From a virus (lineage: Duplodnaviria > Caudoviricetes), in the IMG/VR virus record IMGVR_UViG_3300048853_000044, positions 1 to 47,751 of that record: a stretch of DNA of 47,751 nucleotides; one strand, 5' to 3'. Both the position numbers and the translations under genes were made by a program. Shown piece after piece: positions 15,794 through 26,000 of this stretch (position 1 is its first letter; every line of letters begins with the position of its first letter). The notes under the pieces were generated by a model, which made no database searches, was not told the DNA's origin, and worked only from the letters and a program-made list of their open reading frames with translations.

Positions 15794-17362
15794 ATGGCGA
15801 ACATCCTCGATCGGGTCATCGGTGCGGTCTCTCCGCAGCGAGCCCTGGAGCGTGCCCAGGCCCGGCTGCGGCTAGATCGGATCACCGCCTACACGGCTGG
15901 CCAGGTGGCGCCGCGTGGGCGCGTTTGGCCGGCGAGCACCAAGGGGCCGAACAACGAGCTCGGCGCCGCGCTGCGGAATCTGCGCAAGCGGTCGCGCGAA
16001 GCGGTGCGGGACAATCCCTATGCCGCGCGCGCCGTGTCGATCCGCGTGGCCTACGAGGTCGGCTACGGCATCCGCCCCCGCAGCGCGACGGGGGACGACG
16101 CGCTCGACGACCGGGTCAATGCCCTGCATGCCGAGTGGGCAAAGCGCAGCGACGTGGCAGGCGTGCTCGACCTCTACGGGCAGCAGGCGCAGGCCGCGCG
16201 CGCTCGGAGCCAGGACGGCGAGGCGCTGATCCGGCTGGTTCGCCTGACGCCGCGGGAAGGCCGGGCTCTCGGCCTGCCTGTGCCGCTGCAACTCGAGGTG
16301 CTGGAGGCCGACTACCTGGACGACGTGGTGCAGACCACGCCAGGCCGGGCCCGGGTTGTCATGGGCATCGAGATGGACGCTCGGGGTCGGCCGGCGGCTT
16401 ACCGGCTGCTGCGCGCTCATCCTGGCGAGGGTATGCCGATCACTGGCGGAGGGGTGCCGTTCGACCGCATCCCGGCTTCGGAGGTCATCCACCTCTACCG
16501 CGCTCATCAGCAGCGGCCTGGTCAGATTCGCGGCGTGCCGGATGCGGCTTCCGTGCTGATGCGGATGCAGCGGCTGGAAGAGTTCACAGAGGCAGCCGTC
16601 GAGCAGGCCAAGGTGCAGGCGCTTCTCGGCGTTTTCATCACCACTCCTGACCCCATGGAGATGACGACCCCAGGCCCGGTTGGTGGCGCCGAAGTCAGCA
16701 CTGGACTGCCGACCGAGCTCTATCCCGGAATGGTCGGCAACCTGCCGCCTGGCAGCAAGCCGGAGTTCCTGCAGCCGAGCGGCGCTGGCAGTTTCGAACC
16801 CTTTGCCATCCACGAGCTCATGGCCGTCGCCATGGGCTACGGGGTGACCTACCACCTCATCAGCGGCGATCTGCGCCAGGCGAACTTCTCCAGCCTGCGC
16901 GCAGGCGATCTGCCCTTCCGGCGCTCTGTCGAGCAGGACCAGTGGCTCATGCACATCCCCCGGATGTGCGACCCGATCTACCAGGCCTTTATCGACGCCG
17001 CGGTTCTGAGCGGGGCACTGCCGGAGCGCGCTGGCGGCTACCCCGTCGAATGGGACACGCCGCGGATCGAGATGGTCGATCCCACCCGGGAGATCCCTGC
17101 GATGGTCGTAGCCATGCGGTCTGGCCTCGCGACATGGAAGCAGTCGGTCTCGTCGCTGGGCTACGACCCCCGCACGCAGGCGGACGAGATCCAGAGCGGC
17201 AACCAGCTGCTCGATACGCGGGGCATCATCCTCGACAGCGATCCTCGGCGGATCACGAACTCGGGGCAGGCGCAGAACCCGTCCCAGAACGCGGCCGTGG
17301 AACTTGGCGCGCCAGGCGCCCCCCGCCCGCCGCGCAACCCGGCAACGGAGGCCGAAGTATGA
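15794..17362 (+). CDS. portal protein (lambda family)
   Basis: LRKRSREAVRDNPYA, LQLEVLEADYLD, RPGQIRGVP, SGDLRQANFSSLR, VDPTRE. Confidence 0.95.
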   Translation: MANILDRVIGAVSPQRALERAQARLRLDRITAYTAGQVAPRGRVWPASTKGPNNELGAALRNLRKRSREAVRDNPYAARAVSIRVAYEVGYGIRPRSATGDDALDDRVNALHAEWAKRSDVAGVLDLYGQQAQAARARSQDGEALIRLVRLTPREGRALGLPVPLQLEVLEADYLDDVVQTTPGRARVVMGIEMDARGRPAAYRLLRAHPGEGMPITGGGVPFDRIPASEVIHLYRAHQQRPGQIRGVPDAASVLMRMQRLEEFTEAAVEQAKVQALLGVFITTPDPMEMTTPGPVGGAEVSTGLPTELYPGMVGNLPPGSKPEFLQPSGAGSFEPFAIHELMAVAMGYGVTYHLISGDLRQANFSSLRAGDLPFRRSVEQDQWLMHIPRMCDPIYQAFIDAAVLSGALPERAGGYPVEWDTPRIEMVDPTREIPAMVVAMRSGLATWKQSVSSLGYDPRTQADEIQSGNQLLDTRGIILDSDPRRITNSGQAQNPSQNAAVELGAPGAPRPPRNPATEAEV

Positions 17363-19479
17363 CCAAACCGACCGCGGCCTCGGTGGTCGCCAGCTATCTG
17401 CGCGACCGTGGCGCCGGCGACGAGGCCGATCTGATGGAGGCGCTGCCGCTTTCCGACCGAGCTGGCGCCCCTGGCATCCGCGCGTTTGCGTCCGGCGGCG
17501 CCGAACTGGTCATGACTGGCGACATTGGCTTCGATGTCACCGCCGCCGGTGTGGCTTCGGCCATGGCAGGCCTGGATCCGAACGCGCCGCTGACCATTCG
17601 CGTCAACAGCTATGGCGGCGTCGCCTTCGAGGGGCTCGGCATCCACAACATCCTGGCGCGCCACCCCGGCCGCAAGACGGTCGTGGTGGACGCACTCGCT
17701 GCGAGCGCCGCCAGCATCATCGCAATGGCCGGCGATGAGATCGTGATGCCCAAAGCGTCCTTTCTCATGATCCACAACGGCGCCGGCCTGACCGTCGGCA
17801 ATCGCGCGGACCACGCCGAGACCATCGCCCTCCTGGCCCGCGTCGATGCGGCGATGACCGGCATCTACGCCAGCCGGACCGGCCTGCCGGCCGAAGAAAT
17901 TGAATCGCTGATGGCCGCCGAGACTTGGCTGTCGGCTGACGACGCGGTGGCGAAGGGCTTCGCCACTCGTGTGGAAGGGGAGGCTGCTGCGCTTCCCGTC
18001 ACCGCCCGCGCTGCCAACACGGTGCGCGCCTACGCCCACGCTCCTGCCGCGGTCCTGGCTATGGTCCAGCCCGCAGCTCCCGACCCGATCACCCCCACCA
18101 CGGAGGGCAGCATGCCCGATACCGATACCCCGGCGGCCGGGCAGCCCCCCGCCGCCCCCCCGGCTCCGGCTCCCGTTCTGGAGGTGAAGCCTGTCGCCGC
18201 CAGCCTGTCGCAGCTGCAGGCCATCGCGGCCCGTGCCAAGCTCGGCCCGGACTTCATCGTGGCGCAGCTCGACGCTCGCTCGACCGAAGAGCAGGCCCGT
18301 GACGTGGCCCTCGAGATCCTCGCCCAGCGTTCGCCCGATCGCCCGGCCGGCACCGTCCCCCCGAACGGCGCTGGCAATGCGGTCACGGCCATTCGCGCTT
18401 CGATCCTGCGCCGCGGACAGGTGACCAAGCCCGAGGTGCTGACCGCGGCCGCTGGCTACGAGGGCATGAACCTGCGCGACATGGCGGCGGAGTTCATCAC
18501 CGCCCAGACCGGCCGCGCGTCGGGCTACATGGCGCCGGACAAGCTGTTCCGCGAGGCGTTCGGGATCCGGGCGTCCAGCACCGTTGGCATGCTGACCACC
18601 AGCGACTTCGGCCAGCTGCTCGGCGACACCGCCGGCGAAATCGTCCTGGACAGCTTCCTGGCGGCCTCGACCGAGTGGCGCAAGGTCGCCCGGACCTTCA
18701 ACTTCGACGATTTCAAGGAGAAGCAGATCCGCGGCGGCTTCGAGCTGCCGGATCTGGAGCTGGTGCGCGAGCACGGCGAGATCACCTATGGCACGCTGGC
18801 ACGCGCCTTCGCCAAGGTGAAGCTCGAGACCTTCGCCAAAGGCTTCGCCTTCTCCCGCCAGGCGATCATCAACAACGACCTGGAGGAGTTCACCAGCAAC
18901 GCCCGCGCCTATGGCGTGATGGCCGCCCGGTCGCTGTCCGCCCGCGTCTGGCGCGTCTTCATCCAGGGCACGACCTCGATCCTGATGCCGGACGGCCTGC
19001 CGCTGTTCCATGCCAGCCACGGCAACCTAGCGGCCGTCGACGGCCCGATCAATGACGCTACGCTCGCCGTCGCCGAGACGGCGATGATGCAGCAGGCGGT
19101 GGTTCCGGGCCGGCCGCTCGGTCTGACGCCCCGCTACCTGATCGTCGGCATCAATCGCCGGCACGAGGCGCGGATCTTCCTCAACAGCGAGACCACCACG
19201 ACGGTGATCAACGGCGTCGCCACCACGGCGCGCAACACCTACTTCGGCAATCTCGAGCTGATCTACGAGCCGAGCTTTCCGCCGAATGCCTGGGCGCTGA
19301 TGGCGGACCCGGCGCTGCGCCCGGTCGTCGCTGTGCCGCTGCTGAACGGCGTCGAGACGCCCGACGTGGTGGCCGAGGCCAGCTTCGACACCTTCGGCGT
19401 CAAGGTCCGCGTCTCGCTCGACTACGAGGCCGCGCCGATCGACACCATCGGCGTCTACTACAACCCCGGCCCGGCCTGA
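17359..19479 (+). CDS. ClpP-like prohead protease-scaffold-major capsid fusion
   Basis: INSYGG-like RVNSYGG, ALAASAASII, MIHN and AETWLSADDAVAKGFA (ClpP); Pro/Ala linker; capsid part TTSDF, EHGEITYG, FSRQAIINND, LFHASHGNL. ATGA overlap with the portal. Confidence 0.92.
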   Translation: MTKPTAASVVASYLRDRGAGDEADLMEALPLSDRAGAPGIRAFASGGAELVMTGDIGFDVTAAGVASAMAGLDPNAPLTIRVNSYGGVAFEGLGIHNILARHPGRKTVVVDALAASAASIIAMAGDEIVMPKASFLMIHNGAGLTVGNRADHAETIALLARVDAAMTGIYASRTGLPAEEIESLMAAETWLSADDAVAKGFATRVEGEAAALPVTARAANTVRAYAHAPAAVLAMVQPAAPDPITPTTEGSMPDTDTPAAGQPPAAPPAPAPVLEVKPVAASLSQLQAIAARAKLGPDFIVAQLDARSTEEQARDVALEILAQRSPDRPAGTVPPNGAGNAVTAIRASILRRGQVTKPEVLTAAAGYEGMNLRDMAAEFITAQTGRASGYMAPDKLFREAFGIRASSTVGMLTTSDFGQLLGDTAGEIVLDSFLAASTEWRKVARTFNFDDFKEKQIRGGFELPDLELVREHGEITYGTLARAFAKVKLETFAKGFAFSRQAIINNDLEEFTSNARAYGVMAARSLSARVWRVFIQGTTSILMPDGLPLFHASHGNLAAVDGPINDATLAVAETAMMQQAVVPGRPLGLTPRYLIVGINRRHEARIFLNSETTTTVINGVATTARNTYFGNLELIYEPSFPPNAWALMADPALRPVVAVPLLNGVETPDVVAEASFDTFGVKVRVSLDYEAAPIDTIGVYYNPGPA

Positions 19480-19506
19480 TCGGCCCCTGCCTGAGGAGCG
19501 AAAGCA

Positions 19507-19836
19507 ATGCAGAACTTCATCCAGGTGGGCGACCAGATCGAGGTCGTTGCGCCGGCGGCCCTTGCCAGCGGCGAGGGCGTGGTCATCGGCGGCATGTTCG
19601 GGGTGGCCACGACCGCTGCGGCCATCAATGCCCCCGTCGTGCTGCGCCTAGTCGGCGTGGTGACCCTTCCCAAGGCGACCGGCGCGCTGACGCAGTTCCA
19701 GAAGGTCTACTGGGACGCCACCAACAAGCGCGTCACCGGCACGGCCACCAGCAACTCGCTGATCGGCACCGCCTCTCGGCCGGCGGCCTCGGCTGACGCC
19801 GTCGCCTACGTCCGTCTGGACGGCGTGGCCATCTGA
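19507..19836 (+). CDS. capsid cement/decoration protein (DUF2190 family)
   Basis: MQNFIQVGD...GVVTLPK...VYWD...VRLDG directly after the capsid gene. Confidence 0.85.
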   Translation: MQNFIQVGDQIEVVAPAALASGEGVVIGGMFGVATTAAAINAPVVLRLVGVVTLPKATGALTQFQKVYWDATNKRVTGTATSNSLIGTASRPAASADAVAYVRLDGVAI

Positions 19837-20168
19837 TGTCCCTCCGGCCCACCTTCGCCAGAGCCGCCGCGCTCATGACGCGGGTGGGCGGAGACGCCAT
19901 TTCCTACCAGCACAAGACTGGTGGCCCTCCGTTCACCATCCAAGCCGTCTTCCGGCAGCCGGAGAACGGCGACCTGAGCGGCATGGATGGTCGCGGCAAG
20001 GCCTCGGTGCGTGTGGAGGCGATGATCGCCATGGTGGACATCGCCCCCGGCCGCCCCGTGCGTGGCGATCTGATCGGCCTCGGCTCCGAAAAGGGCTGGA
20101 AGGTCGAGACGATCGAGCAGGACGCGACCGAATCCTTCTACATTCTCGGCCTGGCGCGGCAGGACTGA
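19836..20168 (+). CDS. head-tail joining / head closure protein (gpFII-like)
   Basis: Position and beta-rich pattern (PVRGDLI...WKVETI). Confidence 0.65.
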   Translation: MSLRPTFARAAALMTRVGGDAISYQHKTGGPPFTIQAVFRQPENGDLSGMDGRGKASVRVEAMIAMVDIAPGRPVRGDLIGLGSEKGWKVETIEQDATESFYILGLARQD

Positions 20169-20172
20169 CGCC

Positions 20173-20676
20173 ATGGCGCGCATTCCCTTCCGCGAGGCGG
20201 TTTTTGCGGGCCTCCACGAGCGTCTGCAGGCCGCATTTCCGGAAATGAACGACGCCGAGCGGTCCATCGAGCGCAATCCGAAGGACGAACTGCCTTCCGA
20301 CGCCATCTTCCCGGCGCTGCGCTGCTACGACGGCCCGCACAGCCAGGCTCCTGCGCCGGCGGTGGGCGAAGTGGCCTATCGGATGGTGTGGATGGTCGAG
20401 GGGTTCGTCGAAGCCGAGGCCGCAGGCGATGCGCCAGACCTCGATGCAGCCATGAACGCGCTGCACGCGCGTCTCATCGAGGCGATCATCCTGCCGGAGG
20501 GGGCAATCATGGTGCCTCTGGTCAATGGGACGCTCGAGCTCTGGGGCGAAGACACCTCTTTCGACGTCGACCGGGCCGGGGCTGCCGTTTCCGAGCGCGC
20601 GAGCGTCCGCTTTACGCAGGAGTTCGTCTTCCAGGTTTGGACCACCCGCGGCAACGCCTACGTCGAGACGCTCTAG
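20173..20676 (+). CDS. tail terminator-like protein
   Basis: Position before the tail tube; acidic 167 aa. Confidence 0.6.
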   Translation: MARIPFREAVFAGLHERLQAAFPEMNDAERSIERNPKDELPSDAIFPALRCYDGPHSQAPAPAVGEVAYRMVWMVEGFVEAEAAGDAPDLDAAMNALHARLIEAIILPEGAIMVPLVNGTLELWGEDTSFDVDRAGAAVSERASVRFTQEFVFQVWTTRGNAYVETL

Positions 20677-20686
20677 GAGCCCCCTG

Positions 20687-20930
20687 ATGACCGAAAAGAC
20701 CGTCGACGCCCCCGGTGGAAACCGCGGCGCCCCTCATCGCGACCTCCCCCCTGCCCGAGCTCAAGCGGGTCCTGGTGGTCAAGCCGATCGACCGTGACGT
20801 CGGCCCGCCGCTGGCCCCTGGTCAGGTGGCCTACCTGCCCGCCGACCACGAGGCGCTGAAGGACGGCAGGGCCAAGGATCCCGACGCCAAGGACGAGAAG
20901 CCGCCGGCCAAGGCCGCGGCCAAGGACTGA
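20687..20930 (+). CDS. small hypothetical virion-region protein with an apparent +1 frame break at C5 (20709-20713)
   Basis: AGGAG-ATG at 20687 is one base out of frame with the codon-adapted ORF 20715-20930. Confidence 0.5.
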
Positions 20931-20934
20931 TCCA

Positions 20935-20958
20935 GGGGCGCCGCGAGGCGCCCTTTTT
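20935..20958 (+). terminator. intrinsic terminator immediately upstream of the tail tube gene
   Basis: GGGCGCC-GCGA-GGCGCCC-TTTTT. Confidence 0.8.
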
Positions 20959-20983
20959 GATTCCAACCTGAGGAGGCGGGCGC

Positions 20984-22159
20984 ATGGCGACCGACACCAT
21001 CCGCACGCGGCTCGCCGCCATTGCGGTCAAGACCGAGACTGTCGAGGGCCAGGATGCCTTCGGCGGCAGCCCCGCGCTGACGGACTTCATCGGCGCCGAG
21101 GTCACCTGGTCGCTTCCGCAGCAGACGGTGGAAGATCCGTCGCTGACCGGCAGCTTCGACCGCAATGGGCCGATCCCCACTGGCATCCGCCCTCAGCTGA
21201 ACATCCGCATGCCGCTCCGCGGGAGCGGCCAGGCGGGTGTGGCACCGGAATGGGCCCGCCTGATCCGCGCCTGCCGTTTCGAGGAAGTCCAGCAGGCCGC
21301 CGCCGTCGGCGCCCCGACCGCGGCGACCGCTGGCACGGCGACCACGGCAACCCTGGCCACCCCCTTTGCCGCCACGGCTCAGGCTTATCGCGGCATGCCG
21401 GTGGTGCTGAGTGGCAATCCGACGACGCCGGCTCTGACCACGATCCTAGACTACACCGTTGGTCGCGTCGCCACCCTGCCGATGACCTTCAGCCCGGTGC
21501 TGAGCACGACCACCCTGGCGCAGGTCCCGGCGAACTGGCTCTACCGGGTCACCGACGATGAGACCCTCTTCCGGCCGGTGACGATCTACTTCTATCGAGG
21601 CGGACAGCGCTGGCGCTTCGTCGGCTGCAAGGGCTCCATGTCTCTGGAAATGAGCGCTGGTCAGCCAGGTTTCATCACTTTCTCCATGCGTGGCCAGCTG
21701 CTGGCGGCCTATGACACCGTGGCTCTGCCGACCGGCTGGAACTCCATCACCCGGCCCCAGGCGCCGATCTGGGCGAACGGCCTGTCGCGGCTCGACCGCG
21801 TACTCGCTCGCTGCGCCCGCTACACCTACAACTCGAACGTCACGATGTACGATCCCGAGAACCCCGAGGCGCCCCAGGGCTACGATGCCCCGGAGATCAC
21901 CGCGGCGGATTCGTCGGTGACCATCGACCCGTTCAGCTCGACGACCAACAGCGCTGGTCGCTTCGGCAAGTTCCAGGTGGGCACCAGCATGCCCTTCGCC
22001 GGCGTCATGGGGTCCGCGGTGGGCAACCGGGTGGCGGTCACCAACCCGAGCCTGCGGATCACCTCCTATGACGACGCCAACCGCGGCGAGATGGGCGTCG
22101 ACAGTCTGAGCCTGATGCCGGATGTGCCGGGTCAGGGCATGTTCCTGTCGGTGTTCTGA
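20984..22159 (+). CDS. major tail (tube) protein
   Basis: AVKTETVEG, GSGQAGVAPEWARLIRAC, VTIYFY...GCKGSMSL pattern; strong AGGAGG; precedes chaperone and tape measure. Confidence 0.85.
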   Translation: MATDTIRTRLAAIAVKTETVEGQDAFGGSPALTDFIGAEVTWSLPQQTVEDPSLTGSFDRNGPIPTGIRPQLNIRMPLRGSGQAGVAPEWARLIRACRFEEVQQAAAVGAPTAATAGTATTATLATPFAATAQAYRGMPVVLSGNPTTPALTTILDYTVGRVATLPMTFSPVLSTTTLAQVPANWLYRVTDDETLFRPVTIYFYRGGQRWRFVGCKGSMSLEMSAGQPGFITFSMRGQLLAAYDTVALPTGWNSITRPQAPIWANGLSRLDRVLARCARYTYNSNVTMYDPENPEAPQGYDAPEITAADSSVTIDPFSSTTNSAGRFGKFQVGTSMPFAGVMGSAVGNRVAVTNPSLRITSYDDANRGEMGVDSLSLMPDVPGQGMFLSVF

Positions 22160-22161
22160 TC

Positions 22162-22767
22162 ATGGCCGTCATCACCAGCATTGGCTACCGGATCACAAAG
22201 ACCTTCGGGGGGCGGAAGTATACCCTCCGGGCGCCGTCCTTCGATGAGGCCGGCAACCTGGCGACCTCATCTGGCTTCGCGATGCGGCCAACCTCGGCGG
22301 TGATCAACTGGGAGATCCGAGAGGCACTGGGCCGCGTGGGCAAAGCGGAGATGGCAGCGGCCATTGACGAGCATGAGGCGGCTGAAATCGCCTTCCAGGA
22401 CGCCCGGCTGCAGCTGCCGATCGGCGAGACCGATCGAGAGGCGCTGCGCGAGCCCAATGAGGCTGTGTCGCAGGCGCGGCAGCGCTTCATGAAGGCCGAT
22501 GTGGCGCGGAAGGTGGCCGAGTGGCTGGTCCGCGACGACAAGGCCCTGCAGGAGATGCGGGCCCTGGCCCTGAAGCTCGACCGAGCAGAGCACGCCGAAC
22601 TCGTGGCCCTCTGCGTGGTGGGCTGGGAGGGCGCAGGGCTTCCGGAATTCGCCGAGGGCATGACCGCGGACGACATGGCGAAGGCCCTGCCGGCTGGCGA
22701 CTTGTCGGCCTTGGCTCAGGTGGCGATCAGCACCATCAACCCGACGAGGGAAGACGAGGGTTTTTGA
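22162..22767 (+). CDS. tail assembly chaperone (gpG-like)
   Basis: Between tube and tape measure; VVGWEG motif; ends in slippery G GGT TTT TGA. Confidence 0.85.
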   Translation: MAVITSIGYRITKTFGGRKYTLRAPSFDEAGNLATSSGFAMRPTSAVINWEIREALGRVGKAEMAAAIDEHEAAEIAFQDARLQLPIGETDREALREPNEAVSQARQRFMKADVARKVAEWLVRDDKALQEMRALALKLDRAEHAELVALCVVGWEGAGLPEFAEGMTADDMAKALPAGDLSALAQVAISTINPTREDEGF

Positions 22768-23063
22768 GAGCCGCCTTCCAGGTGATGCGGTCTGCCGTTG
22801 GGGCCTTCCCGGACGCTATCCGCCCACCGGAAGGCGGCTATTGGGAAGCAGGCGGCAGGCTCTGGAAGCCTAACCCCCGGTTCTATATCCCCCGCTCTTT
22901 CTATCATGCGGTGAGCCTCTGGTTCCGCTGTCAGGGCGGAATGGGCGGGCTGCAGCAACTGCCCGCGGCTGGCGGCATATGCGACCAGCCGGCTTGGCTG
23001 ATGCGTGCGTTCGGCGTGCTGGATGGCGCCGAAGCGGCTGCTCGAAAAAACCGAGGCGACTGA
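22758..23063 (+). CDS. gpGT-like extension reached by programmed -1 frameshift at GGGTTTT (22758-22764)
   Basis: Canonical X XXY YYZ heptamer in the correct frame; the -1 frame is open to 23063 and contains LPAAGGICDQPAWLM. Confidence 0.85.
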   Translation, partial: GFLRAAFQVMRSAVGAFPDAIRPPEGGYWEAGGRLWKPNPRFYIPRSFYHAVSLWFRCQGGMGGLQQLPAAGGICDQPAWLMRAFGVLDGAEAAARKNRGD

Positions 23064-23096
23064 GCCAAGCGGCCAACGCTGCAAAAAGGAGACCGC

Positions 23097-26000
23097 ATGT
23101 CAGGCACCACTGGCGATCTTGCCGTCAAGATTGGTGTCGACGGTCTCCCGCAGTTCGAGGCCGCGTTCAGCCAGCTCGAGGCTCGTCTCAACACCACCGC
23201 CGGCAAGCAGCGCCAGTACGAGCAGGCGACGTTGCTGGTTCAGCGTGCGCAGGAATCTGGAGCGGTCAGTGCGGAGCGTGCGTCCCAGGCGCTGGCGGCT
23301 CTACAGACCCGCTATGAGACCCAAGGCCGGGCGCTCAACAATCTGGCGACGGCCAACGACAATGTTGCCGGTTCGGCGAACCGTGTTGCTGGCCAGGTGC
23401 AGAACGCATCGTACCAGGTGGGCGACTTCTTCGTGCAGGTGGCCAGCGGGCAGTCGGCCATCACGGCCCTCGCCCAACAGCTCCCTCAGCTGCTAGGCGG
23501 TTTTGGGATGGTCGGCGCGCTGGCTGGCGCGGGCGTAGCCATCGGCGCAGTCGTCTACCGCCTCATGGAGGGAAAGACGGCGCTTGAGCAGCACGAGGAG
23601 GTGCTGAAGCGCGTTGATTCTCAGTACAACGCGACCTTCAAGGCCGCCGAGGAGTGGGTCTCGGGCCTCGATAAGCAGGCCGAGCGCCTGAATATACTCC
23701 GGGCCCGATATCAGGGTCTCACCGAGGACGTGCGGCAGTACGAGGAGCGCCAGCTATCGGCTCGCCGCGCTGAGCTCTCGGCCGATACCGACCGCCTGAT
23801 GGAACAGGGCGTAGATTTCTCGGGTCTGCAGGGCCGTCTGCGGTCGGCGCGGTCTGTCAGTGCCGGCGACGTGGCGGGCGTGAGCTTCGGTGATCTGCCG
23901 GCGCAGGTGCAGGCAGTCACCCGGGTCCTTGACAGTTACGCGGTTTCCACTGCGAACGCGGCCGAGCGGTCGCTTGACCTGTCCAATGGTCTCGCAGCGG
24001 CGCAACGGACGGGCGGTCCGCTCACCTCCACTCTTGAGCCCTTGGTCAAGAGCCTCGACGCCCTGCGGCCGAAGCTGTTGGAAAACAGCGACGCGCTGAA
24101 CCTCGTCGATCAGATGCTGAGTTCGCTGCGCACGAACAGCATCCCTGGTGCTGTCGGGGCGCTGGCTGACCTCATGCGGCAGGCCTCTGCTGCGAGCACC
24201 CCGTTTGCGACGCTGCAGCAGAGCATCTCGGACACCAACTCGCGGCTGCAGGCTCTGCGCACTGGTGGTTTGGATGCCCTCAAGACAGCCACCCAGCAGC
24301 AGTCGGATGCTCTGCGGATCCGCAAGGCCGAAATTGATCTCGCGGAGGCAGAGGCGCAGCGTCTGCAGCAGACCGTGCAGGATGACGCCGAGCGGACGCG
24401 GCTGTTCCGAGAAGGTGCTGCTGAGCGTACTCGTGTGGCAACGGAAGCTGTCCAGGCCGAGCGCACTCTGGCCACTGAGACCGAGAAAGCCGAAGAGGCC
24501 AAGCGGGCAGCCGAACAGCGCGCCCGCGCTGCTGCGACTGCCAGCCGTCAAGCTTCACGGGAGGCATTGGCTCAAGAGCGTGCCGAGGCGGTTGCCCTTG
24601 CCCGTGTTTGGGACACTCTTCGTCGAGATGGCCAGTCGGGCCTTTTGGTTGCCGGCGAGAGCGACCTGACGGCGCTGCGCGCCATCCGCGATGGCATGAG
24701 GGGCACCCCTCTCGATCCTAAGGAAGTCGACAAGCGGGCGAACGAAACCCGATCGCTCCTGAAGGCGCAGCAAGCGGAGGCCCAGCAGACTACCAACGAC
24801 GTGGTCCGCTACGGCGCCGACCTCTTTGCCGACATGTTCGCCACGACGAAGGGCGGTTGGGACCGCATGTGGCAGTCCATGCGCAGGACTGCGGTCGGCA
24901 TCATTGCCCGCATTGCGGCTGAGGCCGTCATCCGCCCCATCATCGCGCCGATCGTCGGTAGCGCCATGGGTAGCTCTGCGATGGCTGGGGCGGCCGGCAG
25001 CATATCCGGTTCGTCTGGCATGTTCGGCGGCATCGGCCAGGCGCTTGGCCTCGCCAATATGGGCGAGACGCTTGGCCTTGGTAGCATCAGCCAGTCCCTG
25101 GGGCTCAGTGGCCTCGGGGGGGCTGGCGGGCTGCTCTCGACGCCGCTGTGGGCCAGTGGTGCGCAGTCGGCTGGCGAGCTGGCGTTCCTGTCTTCTGCCG
25201 GCATCACCGGCTCCTCAGTGACGACCCTGGGAGGGTTGTTCGGCGGCGCTGGTGCCGGCTTCGGCGCTGGCATGCTGCTGAATAGCCTCGTGGGCGGCAA
25301 GTCCACCGGCGGCATGATCGGCTCCGGCGGCGGCGCGCTAGCCGGCGCGGCTCTCGGCTCGATCGTCCCGGGCGTGGGCACCTTGATCGGGGGCCTGCTG
25401 GGCGGTGCCGGCGGCGGCCTCCTGGGCGGCCTCTTCGGCCCCGGCGCCCCCAACCCCGCGGCCAGCGTGCAGTACGGCAGCAACGGCAACGGCCTGATGG
25501 TCACCGGGTCGCGGTCGAAGCATATGAACGACGCCGAGGCGATCGGCGCCGTCGAGGCCAGCCTGCAGAAGATCAACGACACCCTGGGTCGGCTGCAGCT
25601 GAATCTGGACGCCTCCGCTGGCGGGCAGATCCACTTCGGCAATGACAAGGACGAGGCGACCGACCAGCGCAACCTGACAATGGCCGTGCTGGGCGGCCTG
25701 CGTGGCGGCTCGGCCAATGTCGCGCAGGTCATCGCGGCCGAGATGGCCAAGGGGGCCGCGGCCAACCTCGAGACGGCATTCAGCAACATCGAGTGGACCC
25801 GCACAGTCTACGAGCCGCTGACAAAGGCGGCTGGCGCTACGCAGACCTTTGCGGAGGCCTTGGCGGCGGTAGCGGCGCCCTATGACGCCGTAATCGCCAA
25901 GACCCGGGATCTGGGTCTGTCCGAGGCAGTCCTGGTGCAGCGCCGTGACGAGGCTGTGGCCGCGGCGCGCCAGACGGCGGCGGAGAGCTTCTGGGCTGCG

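Noticed and set aside
17161-19020. Long antisense ORFs over structural and replication genes (also 6993-8024, 15872-16954, 25338-26666 and others)
   Set aside because: Expected shadows of GC-rich codon usage opposite well-supported genes.
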